Shown one piece after another: positions 12,838-25,419 of a stretch of 64,000 bases of DNA; position 1 is the first letter of the stretch; each line of letters opens with the position of its first letter. Origin of the DNA: Takakia lepidozioides (Eukaryota > Plantae > Bryophyta); contig CM060733.1 in the NCBI GenBank assembly GCA_030704615.1, positions 10,416,001 to 10,480,000 of the forward strand, written 5' to 3'. The position numbers and the translations under genes were made by a program. The notes below the pieces were generated by a model that was not told the origin of the DNA, did no database searches, and worked only from the letters and a program-made list of their open reading frames with translations.

Positions 12838-14899
12838 TCATGACCTCTCTCCTTTTCCGGACACTCAGCGTCAGAGAAGGCGATGGACAAATCGATCCTG
12901 CCGCAACCACCCCTCTCTCGGCAATACCCAACTCGGGGCTACTCAGATCGTTAGGCGGGTAGTGCAAGCAAAAGGCTTTTCAAACTCCTTTTGTCCTAGT
13001 GCCCCGTTCTTCATTCCTTCTCCCTCTTTTCCTCTCTCTCTCTCTCTCTCTTTCTTTTCAGACTGGTGAGTAAAGAGTACCTGTGATTATTGTAGCATGA
13101 AAGTTCTCCTCTCAGTTCTTCCAGCAAAGACTGTCCAACCTGAAATTCTGCAATAGCGCCACTGCTGCTGATCACCAGTGATTCCAGACTAGTCGTAGTA
13201 GGAACATAAACGACAGGAAAGTAGGTCAGGATTTAGCTGCCATAGCCGAAGTGGGGCCCACCATTCCAGAGCATGGCAATGCGAGAAGCATGAACCCTGA
13301 CATCATCGGAAGCGGATTCCCGGAAGTTGCGAGCATTCGTATGCGGACGAGAAGCCCGGCACCTAATTGTACATGAATATCGTAAACCAGAAAGCAGAAA
13401 TAGGTAGATCGGATGGTACATCCAAGAAACCTTCTGATTTTAGAGTCTAATGATTAGGGCTATTCAATGTCGTGGCCAGAGTACATCTGCAACAACCCAC
13501 ATGCGAGCTTCAGTCCTCCGCTCGTTCGTATACACATATCTGGCAGTAGGACCCAAAACCATCCGATTGGCGTACCGGATGGAGGACTCGAGCTCGCAGG
13601 TGGGTTGAACCATAAGTATGGAAGAACAACAAGTTCTGGTCGCTATGCTCACGGTGCTGGAATTGGAACCCACGAACTTGCCTTCTTGTTGTAGGCCGGA
13701 GCAAACTGACGATGCTGCTGCTTGTGAGATGGCCTCCCAAGCAAGCAATACAGATTCTTGTTGTAGTCAATCAAGGCAGTGGAGAAGCAGATGTCTACAG
13801 GCAGTTGTTGGTGGGCTTGCAGCCTTCACAACTTGTCAACCTCCCTATTCAATCAGGAGGGAACCATTTGTCCAGAGTCCAGACGTCCAGACCCCTGTCC
13901 AGTTTATTTCTCCCGCCCATGTCTGAGCACGTTAGATCTTCCTAACAATCGAAGAATAGAGCAGCTTTTCTTGCGACGGTCCACATGGCCTTTAGGTAAG
14001 TGGAACTTTTGCCTGCATGTTTATCATTCCGATGCACTGTTAGTATAAAGTTACTTGAGTTTGTGTTTAGATTTATGTTGGTTGACTGAAACAACATGCA
14101 CCCTACTTTTGCCTTGTGGGCTTCATACATTCTGGGGCATCGCATTGTTATTGACATGTTACTGCTACAGTTGCAGGCAACCATCCTGAAGTCAATGCCA
14201 CTGACGACATCAAGATGCATGAGAGCATTCTCTCCTTCTCAGCGCTAGGGTGGCTCCTGCTCTGCTGCACAACAACTGAGGATAGCATAAATTGTGACTG
14301 GCAATACTAGCACTCACAGTATCTCTCCTCCTTTTATGAATCATAAGCAAGCAAGAATGTTTACAAAAGTATACATACAAGAGGTGACTTCTAACAGTTG
14401 AAGCATCATGTGGTTTGAGAGCTTTTGGCGCTGGTCTGAAATGTGCCTGCCATTTCCATCCATCCTGCTTCTCTCGGAAGACCCAACCATCCACAATACC
14501 TACCCAATGAACCATGGAGTTCACAGATGAATCCTGCCTATTTAGTTGTTCTTCCCTCATGCCCTGCAGAATTATATGTTCACGGAGTTTTCTTCTTCAT
14601 CTCTTCCCTCTGGTCCTCTTCCTCTGTCGGCCTGAACAAAGTACAGATAGTGTGGGATGTAGAGGAGTAGCCCAAGGGATGTCTACTAGATGCTGCTAAA
14701 TTCACGTACAATACTCTATGCCAACTATGTGTTGATTGGAAGAAGCACTCAGTGCATTACTAGAAGTTGATGTCCAGTTCTGCTTTCCCATCCGCTGCAG
14801 CAGAAGTATGGGTTCCCCGAGATCAGGAGTAGGGAATTCACCAACTTCTTTCGTTATCAGATCGGTTTTAGGGCCTTAGAGAGTGTCAAGCTGGTGAGA

Positions 14900-15300
14900 T
14901 GAGGCATTGTCTGATCCAGAGTTGATCAAGTTAGGAGTTTAGGGGGGGTTTTAATCTTTCCCCCTCGATAAATTAGGGGTTTAGGGTTCCTAGGGTTTCC
15001 TGTTTTTGGATTAGGAACCTTATAACTCTAGGGTTGCAGGAAGATTTGGCATGTTTTTTTGTGTGCTGCTGCATACAGTTCAGAGTATGCTAGTGCTGCA
15101 AACGATGTACAGCTACTGAAAGAGCTCCGCTTCAGTCCTGAGTTACGGACTTACATGTGATCTGGGAGTTGCGCGGCAGCTGATTTTGTATTCATTTGCC
15201 AGAACTTGCACCTTGCATTTCACCGCCGCCATGATCTTATCCCTTCAGCATCCCCAGATCATTTTAGTTATCCAGCAAGCAATAAAAGCTTAGCGCCTCA
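14900..15300 (+). mobile_element. Possible LTR (solo or remnant)
   Basis: Starts TGAGGC and ends GCCTCA (inverted termini). Internal TATAA and AATAAA near the end, and TTAGGG-like motifs. No TSD found. Confidence 0.35.
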
Positions 15301-15745
15301 ACTTGTTGATACCATGTGACCAGAATAATAAGGTCAACAAAGCAATACATTCTCACAATTATTCTATGCTACTTCAACCAATTATGATAGATGGCTTGCA
15401 TCCCATGAGCATGAGGAGAATGCAAGAGAAGCAGGTTTAAGGAGGCAACATGAGGAAGTAAAGCCTGGGGGAAAGCGGTTTGCCGCTCTTGAAGATGCAC
15501 AAGCACAGGAAAACAGACAGCTCAAGGACAAATGTCTCCATCCCCCAAGTGGAGTCAGCATGTAAAGATTACATGGAGCTGCCAGAGTATAAAGAGTCTG
15601 GGGTGGTGTATGAGCATGTCAGTTTGAGCAGTGTTGGAGCAATTGTGTGTGGGTTCTGCAGGCACACAATATTCCAGTATAATAACTCTAAGAAGTGAAC
15701 TTGAGAAGTTTGTCAACATGGGCTGCTTCCAGCTCTTCTACTCTG

Positions 15746-15777
15746 GAGAGAGGAGAGAGAGAGAGAGAGAGAGAGAG
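15746..15777. repeat. (GA)n microsatellite
   Basis: Imperfect GA dinucleotide run. Confidence 0.8.
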
Positions 15778-16422
15778 CAAAGGATGTGATTAGAGAGTAG
15801 ATTCATACCAACTACCACTCAACCAGGGACTGGAGTTTCCTGAGAGTGGGGTATGGCCTTCACCAGGGGAAATTGTAACTTGACCTTCAAAGAGTAAAGT
15901 TTGTGCTTCTTTAAAGTGAATTGTCACCTCCACGAGTTTGACAGCATATACGCCTTTCTTGGATATTTTTTCAACTGACAAGACTACACTGAAAACCCCA
16001 TTCAGGTTCATGATTGTATGTTTGACGTGGCCCTCAAATCATATAAGTTCACTCTGAAAGGGCTTGATTTCATTGAGTGCAACTTGTTTGAGGTGTAGTT
16101 TGTGGCGATTGTTACTGCAGTTTCCAAACATGCAGGTGGGTCTTGCTAATGAAAATTGCATACTGAATTAGTAGTTGTCAGGCGCTTCAGTGGTATGTCA
16201 CTTCTGTTCTGAACTGCGCAAGGTATCAACTATCAACATCCTCAGTAAACTCCACAATACATCAGACGGAGTATTGTAATGCCCTTGTGGGATTGGTTTT
16301 GGGTTGAACTCATTGAAACACTAAGCTCGAGATCCTTCAGTATCTTGCTACATATGGTGATATTATTGTTAGAGCTGCTATGGTGTGCTGCAATCTTCGC
16401 ATCATGACTCTCAACTATTTCC

Positions 16423-17728
16423 TTAGCTTGTGAGAAACACCTTTCCTCCTCGACCAACTTCCTCCGATTTTTTAATGGCAGTTTTGAAGTCAGCAAGATC
16501 AAACTTTTCTCCTGCAAGAGGCTGAATAATCTTAGCATCCAGGAGCTTGAAGGCCTCGTCACTGAAAGTCTGACGCTTCTCTTCATTGTCCAAGTGATTG
16601 TAGAGAATCCATCCTGTCAGCTGAACTTCCCTCATTAGGTCCATGATGCGTACTGCCGCATTGTAACTTGATAACCCTCCATACACGAGAACCCGACCTC
16701 CGAATCTCACACTTGCACACACCTCCTTGGTGAGCTCCCCAGCAACAGCATCCAGAGCTCCATACGCCAACCTATCCCCTGTGATCTCTTTCACCCTCGC
16801 CACCACATTTTCATCACTGGAGCTAATGACCTCATCTGCACCCAGAGCCTTCAGCTCCTCCTTTTGCTCGCTGCGGCGAACAATGTTGATTGTCTTGATG
16901 CCCCAGTGCTTGGCCAGTTGTATCACCTGCCTGCCAAGCACAGAACCAGCAGCAGTTTGCAACACGTACTCCCCTTTAGGAACAGCAAGATCGTGCAGCA
17001 TTCCGTAGACCGTCCACGGATTGATCACAAACTGGGCAGCCGTCTCATCTGGGATTGAGTCTGGGACCGGCCATACCATTTCCTGTCTAACAGAAACGTA
17101 CTGCTGCCATGATCCCTCTCCCTCCCTCACGATTTCCCACATGAAGGGCACCACTCTTTGCCCGGGCTTCACCTTCGTCACTCCCTCCCCGACCTACACG
17201 TCCAAAACCGGAACAGAATTTAATATGATCGGTGCAAAAGAGTGTACAAATCTTCCAAATTCTGAAGGTAGTCATGCATAGATGCATCTGAACAAGGACC
17301 GAAAAGGAGATTTGGCAATAGCAACGAGACATACAAATCAGGCGAATACCTAGACCGATCATAATGGGGGATAATACCAAGTAGAGGGAGATGTTCAGTA
17401 GAAGCTTGCATCGCTTGCCCTCAGAGAAGATACCCGGATGTCTTCTGGTGAAGCCTTAAGGTGTCTAAACCAATCCATCTCAATTGGACATGATGCTTAC
17501 CGCATGGACAACGCCGACGCCTTCAGAGCCTGGAGTCGTGGACGCATTCAACTTTCGTATGACCCTCCCTGTCCGAATGCTGATAAGGTCTGTGGGATTG
17601 ATAGGGCGCAATGTGATATGCACCACCACCTGCCCTGCCTCGGCCCGGGGCAATGCCTTCGTGACTAATGTCAGCGCTCCCTCGGGATCATTCTCATTGA
17701 AGCTTTCCTGTACAACAGCTCTGGACAT
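16423..17728 (-). CDS. MDR-superfamily NAD(P)H oxidoreductase (enoyl-thioester reductase / quinone oxidoreductase-like), copy A, 2 exons, 332 aa
   Basis: Exon 1 17728-17501, GT-AG intron, exon 2 17193-16423. Motifs RPINPTDL, PGSEGVG, VINPWTVYGM, LQTAAGSVLGRQVIQLAK and GGKVFL. Lacks the GHE and Cys zinc ligands of classical ADHs. Confidence 0.88.
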
Positions 17729-17845
17729 CGTGTCTTCTTTCTTGCACAGAGGTAGAGTTGCTCAAAACAGCAGCGCCCGGGAATTGAAGAAACCCAAACG
17801 TTAGCTATTGAATCTCCCAAAGCCCAAGGTAGACCACTTATAGGC

Positions 17846-17864
17846 AGATCAGCAGCGAGTTGCT
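17846..17864 (-). promoter_or_regulatory. Conserved 19-bp upstream element of oxidoreductase A, next to a TATAA box
   Basis: AGCAACTCGCTGCTGATCT on the minus strand, followed by GCCTATAAG. Identical copy at 18262-18280(+). Confidence 0.55.
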
Positions 17865-18261
17865 ATTGCATAACCGGCCGCCCTCAAGGATTCCTTAGCC
17901 TGGAAATCAACGTGGACAATAACCTCAAAATCGAATTGCCCTCCGCTGTTTCGCTGGAACGTTCCTGTGGATGATCTACATGCTTTGCTTACATAGAGGT
18001 GCAGTGTACTTGGTCAAGAGGTGGATGATCCACCCTGCTCCTTCGGCAACGTGTCCGAGGAAGCTTACGAGGCTCGAGCAGCTTACATCCAGTCAGCGCA
18101 GAAGGTGGTCCCAGAGGTCGTCCGTGGCAGCACAGTGCACTTTATACTTCAGTATAAAGTGTGCGAGCTTGACTGCTAAACATCTGACTGCATCTGGGTT
18201 GAAGTTCACATCGCTTCGATCGAGGCCAAGGAACGGGTAAGGATCCCACAATTGTGTAGTG

Positions 18262-18280
18262 AGCAACTCGCTGCTGATCT
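18262..18280 (+). promoter_or_regulatory. Conserved 19-bp upstream element of oxidoreductase B
   Basis: AGCAACTCGCTGCTGATCT followed by AGTTTAAAG. Exact inverted copy of 17846-17864. Confidence 0.55.
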
Positions 18281-18400
18281 AGTTTAAAGAGCTGTTTAGT
18301 GGCTTATAAAATCTTGGCGAGATTCCTCGACCACATCTAGTTTGTGAAATCCGGGTTCCCTGCTGTGCAAAGCACATTGATTCTGAGGAAAGAAGGCAAG

Positions 18401-19679
18401 ATGTCCAGGGCAATTGTACTGGAAAGCTTGAATGAGAGTACTGTCAATCCTGTGGCGTCACTGAAATTAGTCACAAAGGCATTGCCCCAGGCCGCCGAGC
18501 CAGGGCAGGTGGTGGTGCATATCACACTGCGCCCCATTAATCCCACTGACCTTCTTACCATCCGGACAGGACGATATTCAGGGCGAGCGGTTCGAACGTT
18601 GAATGGGCCCCCAACTCCAGGCTCTGAAGGCTTCGGGATTGTCCATGCGGTAAGCACAATGTCTCTTTGAAATGTACTGCATCAATGCGTGCTCTTCTTT
18701 ATCCTTAGCTTGTGGTTCCATTGCCATGCAGCCATTCAAAGGTCTACATATGAGTATGTGTTGGTCTGTCACAAGTGCTCTCCGTCTGGGTGACGTCTTT
18801 CTTTACTTTCATGTAGCGATGTGTGCACATACCCTTCTGTAAGGTAGGAGTGGCAACATCATGTTCTCAGGAGTAAATGGTTTAATGCAGGTCGGGGAGG
18901 GAGTGACGAAGGTGAAGCCCGGGCAAAGAGTGGTGCCCTTATTGTACTGGGGATCCGCGAGGGAGGGAGAGGGATCATGGCAGGAGTACGTTTCTGTGAG
19001 ACAAGAGATGGTATGGCCAGTCCAGCTCCATCTCAGATGAGACGCTGCTGCGCAGTTTGTGATCGGTCCGTGGACGGCCTACGGATTGTTGCACGATCTT
19101 GCTGTTCCTAAAGGAGAGTATGTATTGCAAACTGCTGCTGGCTCCGTACTTGGTAGACAGGTGATACAATTGGCCAAGCACTGGGGCATTAAGACCATCA
19201 ACATCGTTCGCCGCAGCGAACAAAAGGAGGAGCTGAAGGCTCTGGGTGCTGATGAGGTCATAAGCTCCAATGATGAAGATGTAGTAGCAAGGGTGAAGGA
19301 GATCACAGGGAACAGGCTTGCGTATGGAGCTCTGGATGCTGTTGGTGGGGAGCTCACCAAGGAGGTGTGTGCAAGTGTGAGATCCGGAGGTCAGGTATTC
19401 GTGTATGGAGTGCTGGCAAGTTACGATGCCGTAGTTGGCATCCTAGACCTGATCAGGCCGGTTCATCTGACAGGATGGAGTATCTTCGGTCACTTTGACA
19501 CTGATGACAAGCCTCAGAGCTTCATTGACACCTTCAGTGACGAGGTCTCCAAGCTGCTGGATGCTAAGATTATTCAGCCTCTTGCAGGAGAAAAGTTCGA
19601 TCTTGCTGATTTCAAAACTGCCATAAGAAGATCCGAGGAAGCTGGTCGAGCTGGAGGAAAGGTGCTTCTCGCAAGCTAA
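18401..19679 (+). pseudogene. MDR-superfamily oxidoreductase copy B with a compensated frameshift and in-frame TGA (pseudogene or assembly error)
   Basis: Exon 1 18401-18649 and exon 2 18891-19679, with the same intron position as copy A. Indels of -2 then +2 nt around 19022-19048 put a TGA in frame at 19038-19040. Confidence 0.75.
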
Positions 19680-20625
19680 TTACACAAATCATCAGTCCTC
19701 AGCATCGCATTCTCTCTCTGTCTACTATCACCCTAGTGTTTCACATATTGCAAGCCAGAACGAACCCCACGATAGAGCAATCCAAAGCAAAAAAAAAGGA
19801 GGACTTGCACCATATCCACCCTCAACAGGAGTAACACCATAGCAGGCATACTCTCTCCGTTGTTCTCAGGATTCTTTCTTTTCTTTCTTTTGGTTTCTAA
19901 GGAAACACCAGCCCACTGGGCCTACCTTGAGGGGGAAAATATGCCCCCTTTTAGGACCAGGACATACTTGTGTATAATTCTCTATAAATCCCAAATGATG
20001 TAAACCTGTAGAGCGTTATTTACATGAAACGTGAGGTATTTGGACATATGATAGAAAAACCCCAAAACCTGGGAAAGAACAAGGAAGGGAGGGAAGGGAA
20101 GCAAGCTAAACTAAACTATTCTCTGTCATCCCAACCTACTTACTTGAAGTACAAATGAGGTGACTGTATACTAAAAGCTAACTATCATTTTTAATATTTT
20201 TTGAAAATCGGAAGGTAGTAACTAGAAATCCTTGGGTGTCCGGCAAAGCTTCCACATTTTGTTTTTTACACCACAATCATAGGATTACCGGGCCATTGTT
20301 TCAATGACAGTTTTCTCAGCATACTTTTAGAAGTCATGGTGTTGGGGAAGCCTTCGTTGCTGCAGATGAATCTCTGCATATGTAGGCTATATATATATAT
20401 GTTTGGTTTTCTGAAGACCTTTTTTTTTTCTCTATTTTTTTAAGGAGAAAGGGGATGGTGGCTCTTTTGATCAAATTAAATAAGAAAAAAGTTCACAGGA
20501 GGTGGAAAAAGGTTGGTTGTGGGCGGCTTAATTAGTAGTATAAGATTTGTAGACCAACTTCAGCATGTCATAGGATTAAACAACATTTCTTTGACATATG
20601 TTGTACTTATCGTTGAAGATGTAAT

Positions 20626-20906
20626 GCCTCTCATTTTACAATAATAGGGTCATGTATGCAAGTGTGCGAGAAGGACGGGGGCCCCATTGGACGAGGGAGC
20701 GCGCCCCCACCAGGCCGCGGTCGCCCACACCCGCGAGGCTGCCCCGCCCGGGGCCGTCCACTGGCCGCTCCGCGTGCTGGCCGTCTGCTGTCCTGCTGGG
20801 CTAGTCCGCTCCCACTAGTCTGCATGTCCGCTAGTCCGCCCACCCGCAAGATCTAGGCCGTCCAGGACAAATCCCATCGCAGCCCTCCAATTTAGGGCCT
20901 TATCTC
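20626..20906 (+). repeat. Left TIR of the MULE
   Basis: Inverted homology to 36627-36969, including CCCATCGCAGCCCTCCAATTTAGGGCCTTATCTC and repeated CTAGTCCGC. Confidence 0.9.
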
Positions 20907-21028
20907 TGCCGCCTGCCATCTGCCACCAGCTGTAATCGTGGGTCCTGTTTCTCCATGCACGTTCTCCATCGTGTCCTGCGGCGCTTTCGTTGCAGGTTCT
21001 GTAGCGTGTGTTCTGCACTGTACAGGGC

Positions 21029-22470
21029 ATGGACGTAGGAGCGGAAGCCTACGACATGCAGCAATTTGAGAGCCGGCTTATACGCCCTCTTCGACAAAGT
21101 TTGCAAATACCAAAACCAGGACCTTTCAACAATAAGGACCTCCATTGGAAGTGTGAAACGCAATATGGGTTAAGGGGGGTGCAAGTGCGTGTTAAAAAGG
21201 CCTATATACCTTGGGATAGAGTTCCAAACTTCGTCCATGGAGAGGAGAGTGTGGAGGACTCCCCCACTCAATATTGGGTACATGTGCACAGTAAAGTGGA
21301 CGCGGAAAGCTCCCAAAGGGAACACCTTCTTGAGCAGTATCATGTGTGCACCATCCTCATTGTGGTTTAGGGATGTCACTGCATTGTTGTTGTGATTTGT
21401 ATTTGTCTCCGACTGTGGCTTCCATAAGTCCATAGGTTGATATTTTGAATTCCACTTGACAGGTATCAATGCTGCTACGGACCTGACGACAAGCGTACGG
21501 TCAATGCAACTGTCGAGGATCCAAAACAAAAGCGTGGAGGTCCGGATGTTGGTGCTGGCACTAAACACCCGCATAAAGGCCCAAGAAGGAAGAAGTCAGA
21601 CTACGGAGAGTCGTACAAGCGCGGGTGCCTTTGTTGTTTCAAAGTGCAGCAATCTTATCTTGCCCCGGACATTTGTGTCCTCACATACTACAACAACATG
21701 GAGCACGTGGATGCCCTAGGGAAACCCTCCTACAGAGTTCAGGAACACACGGGCAGCCTACGCACCCTGCATTAGCGAGGAATTGAAAGCCTGGGTCGTT
21801 GAGTGTTTGTGCCGAGGCCTCACGGTCGCACAAATCATGATGGAACACAAGGTGCACGTCATGAACAACACAGGTTTGGGAGATGCATGGACACGTGCTG
21901 ATTTCCTTCTCGAGCAAGATGTCCGCAACCTGGCTGAGAAACGGGCGTGGCAGACGTTCAAAAAGCATGCCAACGATGCTGACAGCGTCCGCATGTGGAA
22001 AGACCTGAACCCCGCATCAGTCTTCTTCTATCGAGAAGAAACATTGGCACCAATCTTCAAGCATTACGATTTATATTTGACATTCACTATTGGCATTCAA
22101 ACTGAGTGGCAGAAGCAGAGAATGCTTCAATTGGGACATGCGCGTATCGTTGCATGCGATGCAACCTTCGGGACAAATTATAACAAGGTACGATTCATCC
22201 CTCTTACCATTTCTGCAAATCAATTGTTTGTAGGATGTTGCACATTGGAAACAACTGACATAGTGACATAGTGCATCTGAACAATTCCCATTGTACACGT
22301 TGATGGTTTTCGACGAGTGGTTGAACGGTATACCAGTTGCGTACATTATATCCGCCAGGAATAGGACAACAGACCTGGTGTCGTGGATGACAGCCTTGCG
22401 TGACTGACTCCACGCAGATATGCCGATCTGGCGACCCAAAGCCTTCTTTGTCGATGATGCGGCTGCCCGC
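21029..22470 (+). pseudogene. MULE transposase (SWIM-zinc-finger-associated clade), intron-containing, truncated
   Basis: AYIPWDRVPNFVHGEE, YQCCYGPDD, KRGCLCCFKV, HANDADSVRMW, FTIGIQTEWQKQRM, ACDATFGTNYNK|FPLYTLMVFDEWLNGIPVAYII and WRPKAFFVDDA. Contains a frameshift and stop, and ends abruptly. Confidence 0.85.
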
Positions 22471-23570
22471 AAATTGTTTTTGTAATAGCCTTTATGTTAA
22501 GACCAGGAGGTCCGTATTCCCAATCTGAAGCCAAGATCTCCATGATATTTTCAATTAAGTGTAATGGTTGATCCTGAGCATACAATGACCAGTCCAACAA
22601 ACGTTGACACTGCCCTCGCAAAGCTGTCATCCACTGGTTCCGAGCAGGACCTTCAGGGTTTCCAAGTTCATAACAAGAAATGAAAAATTTCCTCCTCCCT
22701 TATACAGCCACATTCTGAGCAGCCTGGTCTCTCAGATCTTTTGCAAGTGCCCTTCTTTCCCTCCTTAAAGCATTTTTGCATTCTATAGGAGTCACACCTG
22801 ATGTCCCCCCAGGAGTAAGGCTGGAATCCTGCAAGGTTTCAACAGGACCTTGCATGTTACCACCTTCACTCTGTTGGGGCTGGACTGTTGTCTCCCACCC
22901 CACAGGATGATGCGGAGCAAATGCATCCTCGGTCTGTTTCAGAATGCCTTTCCCTTTCAAGATATTAGGTGTACATGGAGATGTTGGATAAAGAGGTGGC
23001 CGCGGTGCAGTGAAGCTCGAAGGTGCCGGCTGTTGTACTCCACTGTAGTTGGATCCTGAAGGTTGGTGGCCACCATACTGGACCTGCCCCTGGTGTGGTC
23101 TTGCAGGGCTGGTAGGATAGAGGGAGGAAGTAGGTTGGTTGTACATAGGCCGAGGAGGATACATACTATGGGGATGCATTCCATAATGGTGGTAAATGGA
23201 ATACCCACCTTGACTAGGATCATGCATTGGAGCGCCTGCAGGTGGAGCAATAGAAATTGTAATTCTGGCACTGAGGATCATTGTTTGGAGGTTGATAGTG
23301 AGGATACGGCATGTGCCCATGCAGATTATACCCTGACATGGCAGGATACTGCGGGTACATAAGCGGATACGAGGGATGAGCCGACACTGGTGGATACAAG
23401 GGAGCTGGAACGTCAATCTGTGGAGTGGGCGGGGCTGGTTTTTCGTAAGTTGGAACAACCGCGCCACTCATCACAGCAGTTGGTGCACACTTTGCTAGAG
23501 TAAGAGACTTATGCTCGTTCGCATCCTTCCCTCCAATTCCCTTCCTTTTTTTGACTGAACTCTGCACACA
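22470..23570 (-). pseudogene. Pro/Tyr/Gln-rich ORF fragments inside the MULE, probably a transposon accessory gene
   Basis: Frame-shifted ORFs 23220-23567, 22700-23467 and 22346-22630 read as one low-complexity protein followed by a globular-looking segment. No recognised domain. Confidence 0.4.
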
Positions 23571-23689
23571 TTGCTCAACATAAACATGAGAAACGATACC
23601 ACCATACTACTAGGGATGGCAAACCTAGTGGGTAAGCCAAGCCCAAAGGCCTATGCAAGAAGACCCTGTCAGTCAGACCTGCCTATAAC

Positions 23690-25418
23690 AGTGAGGAGTC
23701 TTCTAAAGAATGGAAGGGTACAGTGGAAATAACTGTCTACAATCCAAGACAACCCTGAAAAACTGGAGTACATCACAAAGGGGTACAACGTGCCCATTAG
23801 TTCTTCTGAGATTGCTGAAGCAATAGAACATCTAAAGGGCTATAAAGCTGGTGTGTCTGATACGATTGTCAAGCCTGGTGTGATCATATGGTAGATGCCC
23901 TTGCACTCCTCTTTGACCTTATTTGGAAGACTGAAATGATACCCTTTCGCTGGAGAGAGGGTGTCAGTGTCAATCTGAGGTGACAGATGACAGCCTGGGA
24001 ACTACCGTAGCATTACACTTCTTACCACAGTTTGCAAGCTGTTCTGTAGGATAATAAGCACCCATCTTGAGGTTGATTTGGAGTCTGGAAGTGTTTTCCA
24101 TGAAGGTGAGGCAGGCTTCCTGGGGGCTGTGTCAACCATGTCCCTGAGCTGGCCTATTCAAGGAAGGAAAAAGAAGGAAACCTCTAAGGAAACCTCTGTC
24201 CTAGAACGACACCTTCCTTCTACAAAGGTTTCCTTCCTTGACATCTTATGGTGCACGTGCTGACATGCTCTCTTTGAGCACCAAAAGCTGAATGGATTCT
24301 AAAGTTTTAGCATGATTGGAGTTGGCCAACCCACATGGCAGTTGTGTACTCCAAGGCTTGATAAGGCGTGATCTCTTCATAAGTGCTGGTATGGCGGCAT
24401 CACCCACCTGTAACAAATCTCTTGCTTTCCTAATTTTTAAGGGGCTGATAAACGAAAACATTGAAGAGCAGCGGGGAGAGGGTACAACCTTGATCTACAC
24501 CTTGGTCAATGTCAAAGAAATTAGACTTCTCGCTATTGACCACAACACAAACTTTGGTGTTCGCATGCATGTTGTGAACCATTCTCCATATCTTTCCCCT
24601 GACCCCAGAAGCTGTAGAACAACTGACGTGGCTGCTCAGGGCGAGTTTGGAGTACCAGCCTTGAGCTCTCAACATGATGAGTTCAAGGTCAGATGGTACA
24701 GTCAGCTGAATCGCATGCCTCATACCAGCGACCCTATGATAAATACCTGAATATTAGGAAGGAAGAACTCACCCTGCTAGATGAATCTGACGTGGAGGCT
24801 GAAGTGTCTAAGGCCATGTCAAAAGCATGAAGAATGTCCGAACAAAACAATGTTAGGCATAAACTTCCCTGAACTCGTTTCCAGTTTGTGACATGGGTGA
24901 GGACTTTGAGGATGATCTGAAGGGCAGACCTACCCTTGGCACTAGACTGAAAATTTAACCTTAGGATGGGGAGTCTACCTTTGAACAATAAACAGATGCA
25001 GAGAGGAAAGGGAGATTGTCAATGCTCACTGGTGTGGGTGGCCTGAAGACAATGTCCATTTCCTGATACAAGTCCAGGGTATTCTCATCAGAGAGCGACC
25101 CTCTTCAGGACCATCAAGAACATAGTCCTTGCACCTCTGTTCACCAACTTTCAATATCTCAAGGCTGAGTCTAAAGCGGTGGCCCTGTTGGGGTCTCATT
25201 GCTTGGTAGCCCACATACAACAGATTGATGCTTGTGTGAAGGGCTTTCTAAAAGGAATCTGGAAGCCTAAACTAATGTTTATACCACGGTAAGTCCTACT
25301 ACTAGAGGGAGCCCCTCATGTCTATTCCCTCTTGTTCTGCTGGGCACGGGCAGGGTCTGTGGCCACAAGGCTATGATAAGCAACTTCTCAGGAGTGCATT
25401 CTCTCTCTCTCTCTCTCT
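23690..25418 (+). mobile_element. Decayed LINE (RT region plus 3' end with CT tail) with an internal inversion
   Basis: RT motifs on + (GNYRSITLLTTVCKLF...EAGF). RT motif GVDQGCTLSPLLFNVF on the minus strand at about 24250-24615. C-terminal Cys/His region and the family 3' end on +, ending in (CT)n. Confidence 0.75.
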
Positions 25419-25419
25419 G

